Assembly (NCBI GenBank): GCA_039208735.1
Contig: JBCCQY010000166.1
Location: 1 to 21,408 of the forward strand
Source of the DNA: Myxococcota bacterium
Lineage (GTDB): Bacteria > Myxococcota_A > UBA796 > GCA-2862545
Direction: 5' to 3'
Length of the DNA: 21,408 nucleotides
The notes under the pieces are model-generated. The model had not been told where the DNA came from and did not search any database. It saw only the letters and a list, made by a program, of their open reading frames with translations. Below are positions 1 through 8,823 of the stretch, piece after piece. Numbering within the stretch: the first letter of the stretch is position 1; each line of letters opens with the position of its first letter. The position numbers were made by a program, and so were the translations under genes.

Positions 1-1270
1 CGCGGGGGTCGCGCGTCGTGGGTTCGAGGCCCAGCTGTTTGGCGGCAAGCTCCACGATTTCGGGGTCCGCGGGCACCGGGGTTCGGCCGAAGTAGCCGAG
101 CACCATCTTGCCGTAGCCATTGGCCATGCGCTTCCAGGGCCCAAAGATGACGTTGTTGAAGGCTTGCTGGAAGTAGAACTGGCTCACCGGAGTGACCGAC
201 GTGCCAAACCCGCCCCGCCGAACGACCTCGCTCATGGCGGCAATGACCTCGGGGTACCGGTCAAGGGTGCCCGAATCCCGCATCATTTGGGTGTTTGCGG
301 TCAGGGCACCCCCAGGCATCGGGGAGTAGGGAATCATGGGCTCGACGGCCAACGCTTCGGGCGGCACGAAGTAGTGGCTCAGGCAGTCCTTCAGCACCGC
401 TTCGGCCTCAAGGACCTTGTTGACATCGATGCCAAGGTCCCATTCGGTGCCGCGCAACGCCTGCCACATGACCACGAAGTCGGGCTGACTGGTTCCTCCG
501 GAGACCGGGGACATGGCCAGGTCGATTCCGTCGGCGCCGGCTTCGAGGGCCGCGCGGTAGCATGCGACGCTGATGCCCGCGGTCTCGTGGGAGTGCAGCC
601 GCAGGTGGACGTCGTCGCCCAACAATTGACGGGCGGCCTTGATGCTGTCGTAGACGATGGACGGGGGGGTGGTGCCCGAGGCGTCCTTGAAGCACACACT
701 GCTGAAAGGGATGTCCGCGTCGAGAATCTGCCGCAGGATCGACGTGTAGAACTCGGGCGAGTGGGCCGCGTGCCGCTCGCCGTCATCGGCTTCGTACACC
801 CCCTCGGTGCCTGGCGGGAGGCCCATGAGCGCGACGACGACCTCATGGTTGAGTCCCGCGTCCGTGATGCATCGACCTGAGTACGAGAGATTTCGCACGT
901 CGTTCAGCGCGTCAAAATTTCGAATAGTCGTGATGCCGTGCTTCTTGAACAGCTTGGCGTGAAGATCGATGATGTCGGAACTTTGGCTGTCCAAGCCCAC
1001 GACGTTGACGCCCCGCGCCAAGGTTTGGAGGTTGGCATCAGGTCCCGCGGCCTCGCGGAAGGCGTCCATCATCTCGAAGGCATCTTCTTGACAGTACAGG
1101 TACAGCGCTTGGTATCGGGCGCCGCCGCCGGCTTCAAAATGGGTGAACCCCGCCTCGCGTGCGGCCTCGACCGCCGGAAGGAAGTCCTTGCGGAGCACGC
1201 GCGCCCCAAACACCGATTGAAACCCGTCTCGAAACGCCGTGTTCATCACGGCAACGGTGCGCTTGGTCAT
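1..1270 (-). CDS. oadA: Oxaloacetate decarboxylase alpha / pyruvate carboxylase subunit B-type carboxyltransferase (runs off the left edge)
   Basis: Absent from the ORF track because no stop lies in the window. Manual translation from ATG 1270 gives MTKRTVAVMNTAFRDGFQSVFGARV...FEAGGGARYQ...NLQTLARGVNVVG...RNFDALND...CFKDASG...LHSHETAG...MPGGALTANTQMM...GGFGTSVTPVSQF. The RDGxQS, FDALND, KDxxG, HxH and VTPxSQ motifs are those of the HMGL-like/OadA carboxyltransferase. Its start overlaps the oadG stop (ATGA). Confidence 0.9.
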   Translation of the reverse strand, partial: MTKRTVAVMNTAFRDGFQSVFGARVLRKDFLPAVEAAREAGFTHFEAGGGARYQALYLYCQEDAFEMMDAFREAAGPDANLQTLARGVNVVGLDSQSSDIIDLHAKLFKKHGITTIRNFDALNDVRNLSYSGRCITDAGLNHEVVVALMGLPPGTEGVYEADDGERHAAHSPEFYTSILRQILDADIPFSSVCFKDASGTTPPSIVYDSIKAARQLLGDDVHLRLHSHETAGISVACYRAALEAGADGIDLAMSPVSGGTSQPDFVVMWQALRGTEWDLGIDVNKVLEAEAVLKDCLSHYFVPPEALAVEPMIPYSPMPGGALTANTQMMRDSGTLDRYPEVIAAMSEVVRRGGFGTSVTPVSQFYFQQAFNNVIFGPWKRMANGYGKMVLGYFGRTPVPADPEIVELAAKQLGLEPTTRDPR

Positions 1271-1521
1271 GCTTGCCCCCCGCGTCGGGCCGCGACCGCG
1301 GCCAGCACCACCGCAATCGCAGCGTCGTCATCGGCGACTGGACTCGCCGAGGGTTCGAGAGGAGGTTCCTCGGGGGCGATGGCCTGGGCGATGGCGCGGT
1401 TCGCATGCATGGCGAGCACAAGGATCCCCAGGAATGCAAAGACCGTGGTCATGCCGACTACCATGAGCCGGACCCCTTCGAGCAACACGTTTCCTCCAAC
1501 CCTTTCGAGGTCGGCGAACAC
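1267..1521 (-). CDS. oadG: OadG-family gamma subunit of a Na+-transporting decarboxylase
   Basis: EGVRLMVVGMTTVFAFLGILVLAM single TM, a Pro-rich linker, then DDAAIAVVLAAVAA: the typical OadG architecture. Translationally coupled to oadA. The exact start is uncertain. Confidence 0.85.
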   Translation of the reverse strand: MFADLERVGGNVLLEGVRLMVVGMTTVFAFLGILVLAMHANRAIAQAIAPEEPPLEPSASPVADDDAAIAVVLAAVAARRGGQA

Positions 1522-1562
1522 GACCAGCCCCGGTGGGGCCCCATCCTAATCGATGGGAGGGC

Positions 1563-2498
1563 TCAAGGGGTCGATGCTTGGGCGGTCGGAGGAGCCTCCT
1601 CCTTGAGCCTCGGCACGAGTACGATCTCGATGCGGCGGTTGAGCGCTCGCGATGCCGCATCGTCATTGGACGCCGCGGGCCGATGTTCGCCGTAGCCGAC
1701 ACTGGCAATGTTCAGTGGATCGACGCCCTCTTTGACCAATAGGGCCACCACGTGGCTCGCTCGCAGCGACGACAGCGCCCAATTGTCGGGAAAGGGGGCG
1801 CCGGAACGCACCGGAACATTGTCGGTGTGCCCCTCTACACGAATCTCTCGATCGTCCACCCGAGCGAGGATGCTCGCCACCCGCGTGAGGGCGGCCACGC
1901 CCTCGGGCTTGAGGTTCGTCTGGCCTGACGCAAAGAGAATGCGGTCGGAGACGTTGACGGTGAGCTTGCCCGAAAGCTCGGTGATCGTGACCGCTCCGGC
2001 CTCGATTTCAGACTTCAGCTCCTCGACGAGGGCGTCGTATTCGGCTGTCCGCTGTTCAAGGGCAGCCTTCTCTTCCGCGAGTCGCTCTCGTTCTGCGGCG
2101 AGTTCTTCGCGCTCCTCAGCAAGAGTGGCGGCGCGGTCTCGCGCCTCCTGGGCTTCGGCCTCGGCTTCCTCAGCCTCTTCGCGAAGCTTCGCCATCAGAT
2201 CTTCAAGCTCGGCTTTCTCGCCCCGCTGGGTGCGATTGACGGCCGATAGATTGGTCACTTTCTCGGCTAACGCCTGGAGCTTGTCGTTCTGCGCGGCATT
2301 CTTCGCTTCGAGCGTCTCGGTGAGGTCACCGAGCGATGCGTTGGTGGCTTCGGCGTTCGCCAGGGCTTTTTTGAGGTTGGTGACCTCGGCGTTCAGTCCT
2401 GCTTCGGTCGACGCAGCGGCCTCAATCAGCGCATTGTGCTTCTTCTTCCCTACACAGCCGGTGATGAGCAACGCGGCGATCCACATCGTTCGGCCCAT
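1563..2498 (-). CDS. OmpA/MotB-family peptidoglycan-binding lipoprotein with long coiled coil
   Basis: ATG 2498 follows a GGGAGG RBS. Lipobox-like LLITGC, a long heptad-rich helical region, and a C-terminal OmpA_C/MotB domain (ILFASG, IRVEGHTDNVP, NWALSSLRA, GYGEHRP, NRRIEI). Confidence 0.9.
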   Translation of the reverse strand: MGRTMWIAALLITGCVGKKKHNALIEAAASTEAGLNAEVTNLKKALANAEATNASLGDLTETLEAKNAAQNDKLQALAEKVTNLSAVNRTQRGEKAELEDLMAKLREEAEEAEAEAQEARDRAATLAEEREELAAERERLAEEKAALEQRTAEYDALVEELKSEIEAGAVTITELSGKLTVNVSDRILFASGQTNLKPEGVAALTRVASILARVDDREIRVEGHTDNVPVRSGAPFPDNWALSSLRASHVVALLVKEGVDPLNIASVGYGEHRPAASNDDAASRALNRRIEIVLVPRLKEEAPPTAQASTP

Positions 2499-2552
2499 GG
2501 CACCCCTCCCATACAAGATTCGGGGTGAAGAGAGCCCGATGCCGTCGCGGGG

Positions 2553-5500
2553 TCAAGCGCGGGGCGACGCCGCGAGCCCCTCCCGAAGGCGTCGTGCCCG
2601 GGCGGCGAATCCCAATCCCTCAAGCTCCTCGATGAGGCGAAGGACGGGTTCCGTAGGAGTCGCGCCCTGCCATGTCGCGGCAAGGGCCTGCAACGCGCGG
2701 GCATGAACGGCGAATCCTCGCATGGGCTCGAGTTCATGAGCGTGAATCGCGTTGGCTCGTTCCGCGAGCGTTACGGCATCGCGATCGAGCATCGCCAATT
2801 CGGCCCACCGCAAGGCGACTTGGGCTTTCGCCCAGGTATCGGCGGACGCCTCAGCATCGACGACCGCCTGCTCCAACGCCTCTTGGGCATCTGGCTGGCC
2901 CAATCGTCGGCGAACCACACCCAATTCGAGCACGGCCATGGATCGAAGCATGGGCTCGCCGATCGAAAGGTTGCAGGCTTCTTCTGCGGCTTGGAGCGCT
3001 TCTTCCTCCCGGCCAAGCTCCGACAGCGCCTGCGCTTTGACCGCCAACGAAGGTACGCGCTGGGCGAGGCGTCCCGTGGGCATTCCGGCACTCACCTCGA
3101 CGTTGGCCTGGGCTCGTTTGAGTGCACGGTGAGGCTCGTCGCCCTCGAGCGCAAGAAGCGCGAGTTGCAGGTTCACGCTACCCATCTGCCGTTTGGCGTC
3201 CACCGTTTCGAACCGACTGCGCGCTTCGTCGACCCGTTCCCGCGCCTTGCTCAGGTCGCCGAGCCGAAACAGCGTGGCGGCGAGGTTCAAGGTGGTGATG
3301 GCAGCACCGATCCCATCGCCCATGTCGTTTTCGACGGCCCGCGCGGACTCGAGGCGGATCTGGGCTTCGATCAGGTCGCCTGAAATACCGGCTACGATCG
3401 CCAGATTGCTGAGCGACACGACCTCGTCTCGGCGCCGACCCAATCGGCGGTACACCGCAAGCGAGGCCAGGTAGTGCCGGCGTGCCTCATCGAGGTTGCC
3501 GACGAGCCGTTCGACGGTGCCCAACGTGTTGCGCGCGCTGGCGTTGTGGGTGGGCAGCGATTCGGCGGCATCGATGGCCTGAACCAGCCAACGTCGTGCA
3601 CCATCCAAATCATCGCCGTCCAGCGCGTGGCGACCGAGCTGGACCAATGCCTCGGTGTGGAGCGTCGGAGACTTGCTGCGTCGGCCAAGTCGCAGGGCAT
3701 ACCCGAGCATGCCGCGCGCATCGGGCCGTTGAAGCGCTGACAACGTTCGTCCGAGCGATAGCGCGACCTGACCCTCGAGCTGGGGGTTGCCGATCTGTCG
3801 GGCCTCGCGTAGGGCGCGTTCGAGCGTTCCGCAGGCCTCGACAAGCCGCTTGTCCCGATGCTGCATTCGGCCCAGCACGTGTCTTGCGTCTGCGCGCTCC
3901 CGGGGATCCCGGGCCATGGCCAAGGCGCGTTCGGCCCAAACCAACGCATCCGGCTCGCCCATCTGGGTCCCGATGCGGGCGGCTGTCGTGAGCAGGCCCG
4001 GATGGTCGGGGGCGACGGTGAGGGCTTGCCGCGCCAGTTCGAGCCCCCGTTGCACCGGTCCTCTTGCCATCAGCACACGGCCTGCCGCCACCGTACAGCG
4101 TGCGGCGGTCTTCGCCTCGCGCGCCTCGATCGCGGCTTCGGCTCCCGCTTCGAAGTTGCCCAAATCGCGGGCCAAGGCCGAATCGACCGAGCCCCAAGGG
4201 GTCATGACGATGGATTCGGGACGGCCCCGACGACCAAACCATCGGGCGTGCCGCAGGGCCGTATCTCGAGGATTGTCGAGGTGAGAATATGCGAACAGGC
4301 GAATAGACTCGTAGAGGTGAAAACGAGGTTGGCCCGAGGACGTCGTTCGGGCCACGACAAGCGATCGGTCGAGCAACGTGCTCAACAAGTCGAGCACATA
4401 GGGGCGGGTCTCGCTGTCGTTGAAGGTGACGACACCTTCGGCATCCTCCACCGCGAACCCTTCCCGAAACACCGCAAGCTGCGCAAGCAGGGTCCGTTCA
4501 TGGACGCCAAGCTCCTCCCAGGATTCACGAAGGACGTTTTCAAGCGTCTTTTCGCCACCGGCGTTTGCAAGGACCCGAAATCGGTCGTCGAGCCGCTTCA
4601 GCAGTTGATCGGGGGTCAGCACGCGTGCCCGGGCCGCGGCAAGTTCAATGGCCAGTGGAAGCCCGTCGAGGCGACGGGCCAACTCATCAAGCACCGGCTC
4701 TGCGCTCGACGTGGTCCACATCAGACCCGCACGTCCTGCCGCATTGGCTCGGTCCCGCAGAAGATCCACCGCGTCGCGAGAGGCGAGCGGGCCCAGTTCG
4801 ATCACGGTCTCCTTGGGATGCCGAAGACGCTGACGGGAGGTCACGACCACTCGCATCCGGTCCGCGATCGGAAACCAAGTGTCGAGGGCGCGTTTGGTGG
4901 CATCCAAAGCGCGGTCCACGCCATCGAGGAGGATCACCAATTCACCGCGAACCCGCAACTGGTGGCCGACCTGAACCAGCACGGCCTCTTCGGTCTCGCC
5001 ATCCAACGGCAAGTCAAAGGCGCCGGCCACCGCACTGCAGAGGGAGGTCACGTCGGTAGCACCACTGGCATCGCACCACCACGCGCCCCCGGTGAACTGC
5101 CGAGCCGATGTGGCGCCATACCGTTGCACCAACGCAGATTTTCCCATGCCCCCAGGACCGTGAACCGTCACCAAGGAGCTGTTCTGCACCGCAGCCTCAA
5201 GGCGGGCCAGGTCTTCGGCGCGGCCAAAGAGGCTGTGTTCGGCAAACTCGATGTTTGAGGGTCCAATGGCGAGGGATGTGGCGTCGTCGTCGAGCTTGAC
5301 GCCCTGTCCGGAACTCACCTCGTGGACCCAATCCGCGAGTTCGGCTCCCTCCACCGAAAGTGAAAGCACGGCGTGTCGCACGGCGGCGCAGGTGTCGAAG
5401 CGGTCCGCCGGATCGAGAGCCAAACAGCGAGCCACGATGTCGCCAAGACCTTCGATGGCCGCATCCAGTTGCCGTTGGAGCAGCCCCTGCGCGATCTCGT

Positions 5501-6212
5501 CGGCGATGCGACGGTGTCGTGCACGGACATCCTCGATGGTTTTGCCGCGAACCATTCGACGCCCGAGTGCCATTTCGGCAAGAAGGATGCCCAAGGCGAA
5601 CTGATCTGCCCGAGGTCCCACGGCCCCGCCATGGACGAGCTGTTCAGGCGCCATGTAGCCGGGGGTTCCGATCGGCACGTCGGGTACTGCGCCCGCCAGC
5701 GTAGCCAAGCCGAGGTCGGCAACCTTCACCATGGCCGAGGGGGTCACGAGCACGTTGCTGGGCTTCAAGTCGCGGTGCACGATCGGATGGTCTCGACCAT
5801 CGATGGCGAGATTGTGGGCGTGATCCAACGCGCTCGCCAATTGACCCGCGAGTTGTTGCAGGGCCAGACCAGGCATGGCGCCAACGTTCTGGAGGAGTTC
5901 GAGCAACGTCGGCCCGGGCACCCACTCCATCGCAATGAGCCACCACGGGCCTTCACGGGCGAGGTCGTAGATTCCGACGAGATTGGGGTGGTCGAGCAGC
6001 GCGCCCAAACGAGCTTCAGAGACGCCTTCGGTCGTCGAGGTGCCCTGGATCAGCTTCAGCGCTAGGCGCTTACGAAACCCCGCGGGTCCGTTCAGGGTGG
6101 CCAAGTAGACCACCCCGGCCGCTCCGCGACCTACGACCCGCTCGAGCGTGTACCGACCGAGCGTTGTGGGGAGATTCTCGGGGGGCTCGGCAGGGGAGGA
6201 GGAGATCGCCAT
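2553..6212 (-). CDS. Ser/Thr protein kinase fused to AfsR-like STAND (NB-ARC-like) ATPase and TPR repeats
   Basis: Kinase motifs GRGAAGVVY, LALK, HRDLKPSN, DLG, GTPGYMAPE, ADQFALG. Walker A GPGGMGKS, Walker B VILLDG, and GLPLAIELAAAR. C-terminal helical TPR repeats. ATG 6212 is preferred over the track start at 6281. Confidence 0.92.
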   Translation of the reverse strand: MAISSSPAEPPENLPTTLGRYTLERVVGRGAAGVVYLATLNGPAGFRKRLALKLIQGTSTTEGVSEARLGALLDHPNLVGIYDLAREGPWWLIAMEWVPGPTLLELLQNVGAMPGLALQQLAGQLASALDHAHNLAIDGRDHPIVHRDLKPSNVLVTPSAMVKVADLGLATLAGAVPDVPIGTPGYMAPEQLVHGGAVGPRADQFALGILLAEMALGRRMVRGKTIEDVRARHRRIADEIAQGLLQRQLDAAIEGLGDIVARCLALDPADRFDTCAAVRHAVLSLSVEGAELADWVHEVSSGQGVKLDDDATSLAIGPSNIEFAEHSLFGRAEDLARLEAAVQNSSLVTVHGPGGMGKSALVQRYGATSARQFTGGAWWCDASGATDVTSLCSAVAGAFDLPLDGETEEAVLVQVGHQLRVRGELVILLDGVDRALDATKRALDTWFPIADRMRVVVTSRQRLRHPKETVIELGPLASRDAVDLLRDRANAAGRAGLMWTTSSAEPVLDELARRLDGLPLAIELAAARARVLTPDQLLKRLDDRFRVLANAGGEKTLENVLRESWEELGVHERTLLAQLAVFREGFAVEDAEGVVTFNDSETRPYVLDLLSTLLDRSLVVARTTSSGQPRFHLYESIRLFAYSHLDNPRDTALRHARWFGRRGRPESIVMTPWGSVDSALARDLGNFEAGAEAAIEAREAKTAARCTVAAGRVLMARGPVQRGLELARQALTVAPDHPGLLTTAARIGTQMGEPDALVWAERALAMARDPRERADARHVLGRMQHRDKRLVEACGTLERALREARQIGNPQLEGQVALSLGRTLSALQRPDARGMLGYALRLGRRSKSPTLHTEALVQLGRHALDGDDLDGARRWLVQAIDAAESLPTHNASARNTLGTVERLVGNLDEARRHYLASLAVYRRLGRRRDEVVSLSNLAIVAGISGDLIEAQIRLESARAVENDMGDGIGAAITTLNLAATLFRLGDLSKARERVDEARSRFETVDAKRQMGSVNLQLALLALEGDEPHRALKRAQANVEVSAGMPTGRLAQRVPSLAVKAQALSELGREEEALQAAEEACNLSIGEPMLRSMAVLELGVVRRRLGQPDAQEALEQAVVDAEASADTWAKAQVALRWAELAMLDRDAVTLAERANAIHAHELEPMRGFAVHARALQALAATWQGATPTEPVLRLIEELEGLGFAARARRLREGLAASPRA

Positions 6213-6346
6213 CCCAGAGACGATACCAGCCTCGGTGACGGCCTGGGGGCTCGACCGGCCGAGAACCGACCAAGATGACAAAAGCGGGCGGACATGTCAG
6301 TTTGTTTCGAGCCGAACACAGGCGCACCGCACGCTTGGGGGGCCAC

Positions 6347-6955
6347 TTGCCTCGAATCAACCCCCGAACGAGCGAGATCACCTGCAAGGTGGTCTACTAT
6401 GGGGCAGGAAATAGTGGAAAGACCACCAACCTCATTCAGTTGCACTCGCTATCCGACGCCGAGGCACGGACCAGCCTCGTGGGGGTTTCGGCCGAGGCCG
6501 AACGGTCGGTCTTCTTCGAGTACTTCGCGGCCGATCTTGGGCGCGTGGCCAACTACCGATTGCGGGCTGAATTTTACACGGTGCCCGGGCAAGCCTATTT
6601 CACGTCGACCCGCCGCCTGATCCTCGACCAGGTTGATGGAATCGTGTTCGTCGTCGATAGCGATCCCATGCGCTTTCGAGACAACGAACGTTCGCTTGAT
6701 GACCTGCGCAACGATCTCGGTAGCTACGGCCGGTCCGTCGAAGAGGTACCCCTGGTTGTCCAACTCAACAAGCGAGATTTGGTCGACGCAATGCCGGAGG
6801 CGGAACTGGCTCGCCACTTCAATCCGCTGGGCCGCCCTGTGCGGCCAGCGAGTGCGCGTCAAGGAGATGGGGTGGAAGCCACGCGCGATGCCATTCTTGC
6901 CTCGGTCTTTGAGGACCTGAAGCGGCGGGTTCAGCGAGGTCGGCCGAATGTCTGA
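6347..6955 (+). CDS. mglA: MglA-family Ras-like small GTPase
   Basis: From TTG 6347: MPRINPRTSEITCKVVYYGAGNSGKTTNL (G1), ERSVFF (switch I), YTVPGQ (G3), VDGIVFVVDS, QLNKRDL (G4), SA (G5). This closely follows the Myxococcus MglA layout. Probably a paralog rather than the motility ortholog. Confidence 0.88.
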   Translation: MPRINPRTSEITCKVVYYGAGNSGKTTNLIQLHSLSDAEARTSLVGVSAEAERSVFFEYFAADLGRVANYRLRAEFYTVPGQAYFTSTRRLILDQVDGIVFVVDSDPMRFRDNERSLDDLRNDLGSYGRSVEEVPLVVQLNKRDLVDAMPEAELARHFNPLGRPVRPASARQGDGVEATRDAILASVFEDLKRRVQRGRPNV

Positions 6956-7679
6956 AGCGTTTCGGGCGCGTGCGGAACACTGTGACTTGTCGGTCGTCTT
7001 GCAGCTCGTATCGGCCCAGTGGCTCACCGGACGCTTGGTGGTGGAGTCGGAACTTGCCGTCGAAGGAACCATCGAGTGCTTCGAAGGCTTGCCGGTGGGA
7101 GCCTCCTGCGGGAGCCTAGAGGGACTTCTGGCGTTCTACGAGACCTTTCTGGTTCCGCAGGTTCAGCTCGCGTTTTACGTCCAAGAGGTCAGCGAGCCGG
7201 GCCAGGGCCCGCTTGGCGAGGTCATGGTGCTCCTCCTTGAGGCCTGTCGGCGGCTCGACGAGTGGCGTTCACTGGGGCCACAACACCTTCGCGCGACCAG
7301 CCCTACACCCCAGGATGAGGCGGAAGCGGCCTTATGGCACGCGCTCGACGGCTCCCGGACGCTCGCTCAAGTGGTGGAGCATCAGGGGATGCCTTGTTCG
7401 AAGGTGGTCGACGTGGTGCGAGGGTGGCTGGATGAAGGGCGAGCGCTGGCTCTTGACGCACCGGATACCGAGCCGCCACCCCGGGAGTCTGCGCGGCCCG
7501 ATACGGTCGCGGTCCTGGCGCGGGGACGCGCTCAGGTACGCAGCGGAGACATCCGCGACGCCATCGCGTCGTTCCAAGAGGCGATGGCCCTCGATCCTCA
7601 CCACCTGTTGGCCCAGCAGCATCTGCTGCGACTTCGCCAGCTCCACCCCCACCTCTTCGACCCCGGAGACTCCCAATGA
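6948..7679 (+). CDS. DUF4388/PATAN-like domain protein with C-terminal TPR
   Basis: DLSVVLQLV...LTGRLVV...GTI.CFEG...GLLAFYE...LLLEACRRLDEW fits DUF4388. LDGSRTLAQV follows as a wHTH-like segment, and the C-terminal GDIRDAIASFQEAMALDPHH is a TPR. Overlaps the mglA stop by 8 bp. Confidence 0.72.
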   Translation: MSEAFRARAEHCDLSVVLQLVSAQWLTGRLVVESELAVEGTIECFEGLPVGASCGSLEGLLAFYETFLVPQVQLAFYVQEVSEPGQGPLGEVMVLLLEACRRLDEWRSLGPQHLRATSPTPQDEAEAALWHALDGSRTLAQVVEHQGMPCSKVVDVVRGWLDEGRALALDAPDTEPPPRESARPDTVAVLARGRAQVRSGDIRDAIASFQEAMALDPHHLLAQQHLLRLRQLHPHLFDPGDSQ

Positions 7680-8041
7680 CGGGCCCCCAAGACGACTGGT
7701 TGTCCGAGTCCGACCTCGATGCCCTCGTGGATGCAGGGCAGATCGCCCCGGCGGCTCAATCGCCCGTCGCCGCTCTCGCAAGCCAAGTGGTGGCACAGCT
7801 TGAACGGACGCTCGGGGGGCTGGGCGCAACCCTATCGGATGCCGCGTGGAACGCCGACGTCGCGGCCCTTGAAGCGGTACGAGGCCGCGTGGACCGACTG
7901 GCGTACGCGCCCGATGCCATGGCCCTACCCGCCTTCGACGCGTTGCTCGGTGAACTCGAACGAGCCGGCCAGGTGGACTTCGTGGTTCGGTTGCAGTCAT
8001 GGTGTAGCGAGGTTGACCAGCAGCTTGGGGAGCGGCGCTGA
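7676..8041 (+). CDS. Small helical hypothetical protein in the Mgl-like operon
   Basis: 121 aa, ATGA-coupled to the upstream gene, ending 1 bp before the next ATG. N-terminal WLSESDLDAL motif. No family recognised. Confidence 0.65.
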   Translation: MTGPQDDWLSESDLDALVDAGQIAPAAQSPVAALASQVVAQLERTLGGLGATLSDAAWNADVAALEAVRGRVDRLAYAPDAMALPAFDALLGELERAGQVDFVVRLQSWCSEVDQQLGERR

Positions 8042-8042
8042 C

Positions 8043-8417
8043 ATGGATGAAGCAGCACGGATGGCCATCATTCAGCAAACCCTGGATGACTTGGTGGCTT
8101 CGGATCGGATCGTGGGCTGCGCGGTCATCACCCTCGACGGGTTCGTGGTTGCGGTTGCAGCAAACCCAGCGTTCATCTCGCAGGTTGGCGATGTCGGAGC
8201 TCGCTTGCACGGCATTGGCCAGCGAGCAAGCGTTGCTCTGGAGCTTGGAGAGGTCGAGGAACACGTGGTCGTCGGTCAACGCGGTACGGTGATGATCCGT
8301 CCCCTCGATCGCCGAGAGATGATTGTTGTGGTCGCGGCCGAGGGGGCCCCGCTAGGATGGGTTCGCGTCTTCGCCGAAAAAGCGAGCGTTACGTTGCGAG
8401 CGGGTACGGCTGGCTAG
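8043..8417 (+). CDS. Roadblock/LC7 (MglB-like) protein
   Basis: ATG 8043 in the frame of ORF 7719..8417 gives 124 aa: IVGCAVITLDGFVV, ELGEVEEHVVVGQRGTVMI, APLGWVRV. These fit the roadblock fold signature. Confidence 0.85.
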   Translation: MDEAARMAIIQQTLDDLVASDRIVGCAVITLDGFVVAVAANPAFISQVGDVGARLHGIGQRASVALELGEVEEHVVVGQRGTVMIRPLDRREMIVVVAAEGAPLGWVRVFAEKASVTLRAGTAG

Positions 8418-8445
8418 CCCGTTCCGGACCAAAGGGGAGGTTGCC

Positions 8446-8823
8446 ATGAGCATCGAGTCGATCATCGATGACTTTCGAGGAGAAATCCCGGGATTCGTCT
8501 CGACCGACATTGTCCACATCGAGTCTGGGATGTCGATCGGGGGAGGGTCGGTCGATCCGAACTTCGATGCTTCCGTCGCGTCGGCGAGCTACGCCGAGGT
8601 CGTCAAAACGAACAAACGAGCCCTTGAACTGCTCGGCCTTGATCCCCACAGCACCGAAGACATCCTCATCACCACAGATCAGGTCTATTTGCTGATTCGG
8701 ATGCTTGGGACTGACTATTATCATGGCTTGGCCATTGCTCGTTCCGGAAACCTTGGCCTGTGCCGCGCGATCATCAAGAAGTACGCGACGCGTTTTCTGG
8801 ATGAGATCGCCAATCTAAGCTGA
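8446..8823 (+). CDS. Second, divergent roadblock/LC7-like protein
   Basis: Strong GGAGG RBS, 125 aa. EIPGFVSTDIVHIESGMSI, EDILITTDQVYLLIRML and GNLGLCR are typical of MglB-related roadblock proteins. Confidence 0.78.
   Translation: MSIESIIDDFRGEIPGFVSTDIVHIESGMSIGGGSVDPNFDASVASASYAEVVKTNKRALELLGLDPHSTEDILITTDQVYLLIRMLGTDYYHGLAIARSGNLGLCRAIIKKYATRFLDEIANLS

Noticed and set aside
164..1549. Plus-strand ORFs 164..880 and 938..1549
   Set aside because: Antisense to the motif-rich oadA/oadG genes; typical high-GC shadow ORFs.
1563..2498. Flagellar stator MotB
   Set aside because: It has a lipoprotein-like signal rather than the MotB TM helix with its conserved Asp, and there is no adjacent motA or flagellar gene.
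3858..5258. 466-aa plus-strand ORF and other long overlapping ORFs (e.g. 1708..2706, 13529..14791, 17136..18086)
   Set aside because: No recognisable motifs, and they lie antisense to well-supported genes.
7719..8042. N-terminal extension of the roadblock ORF (track 7719..8417)
   Set aside because: It overlaps the coupled 7676..8041 gene in another frame. ATG 8043 gives a normal-sized roadblock protein.
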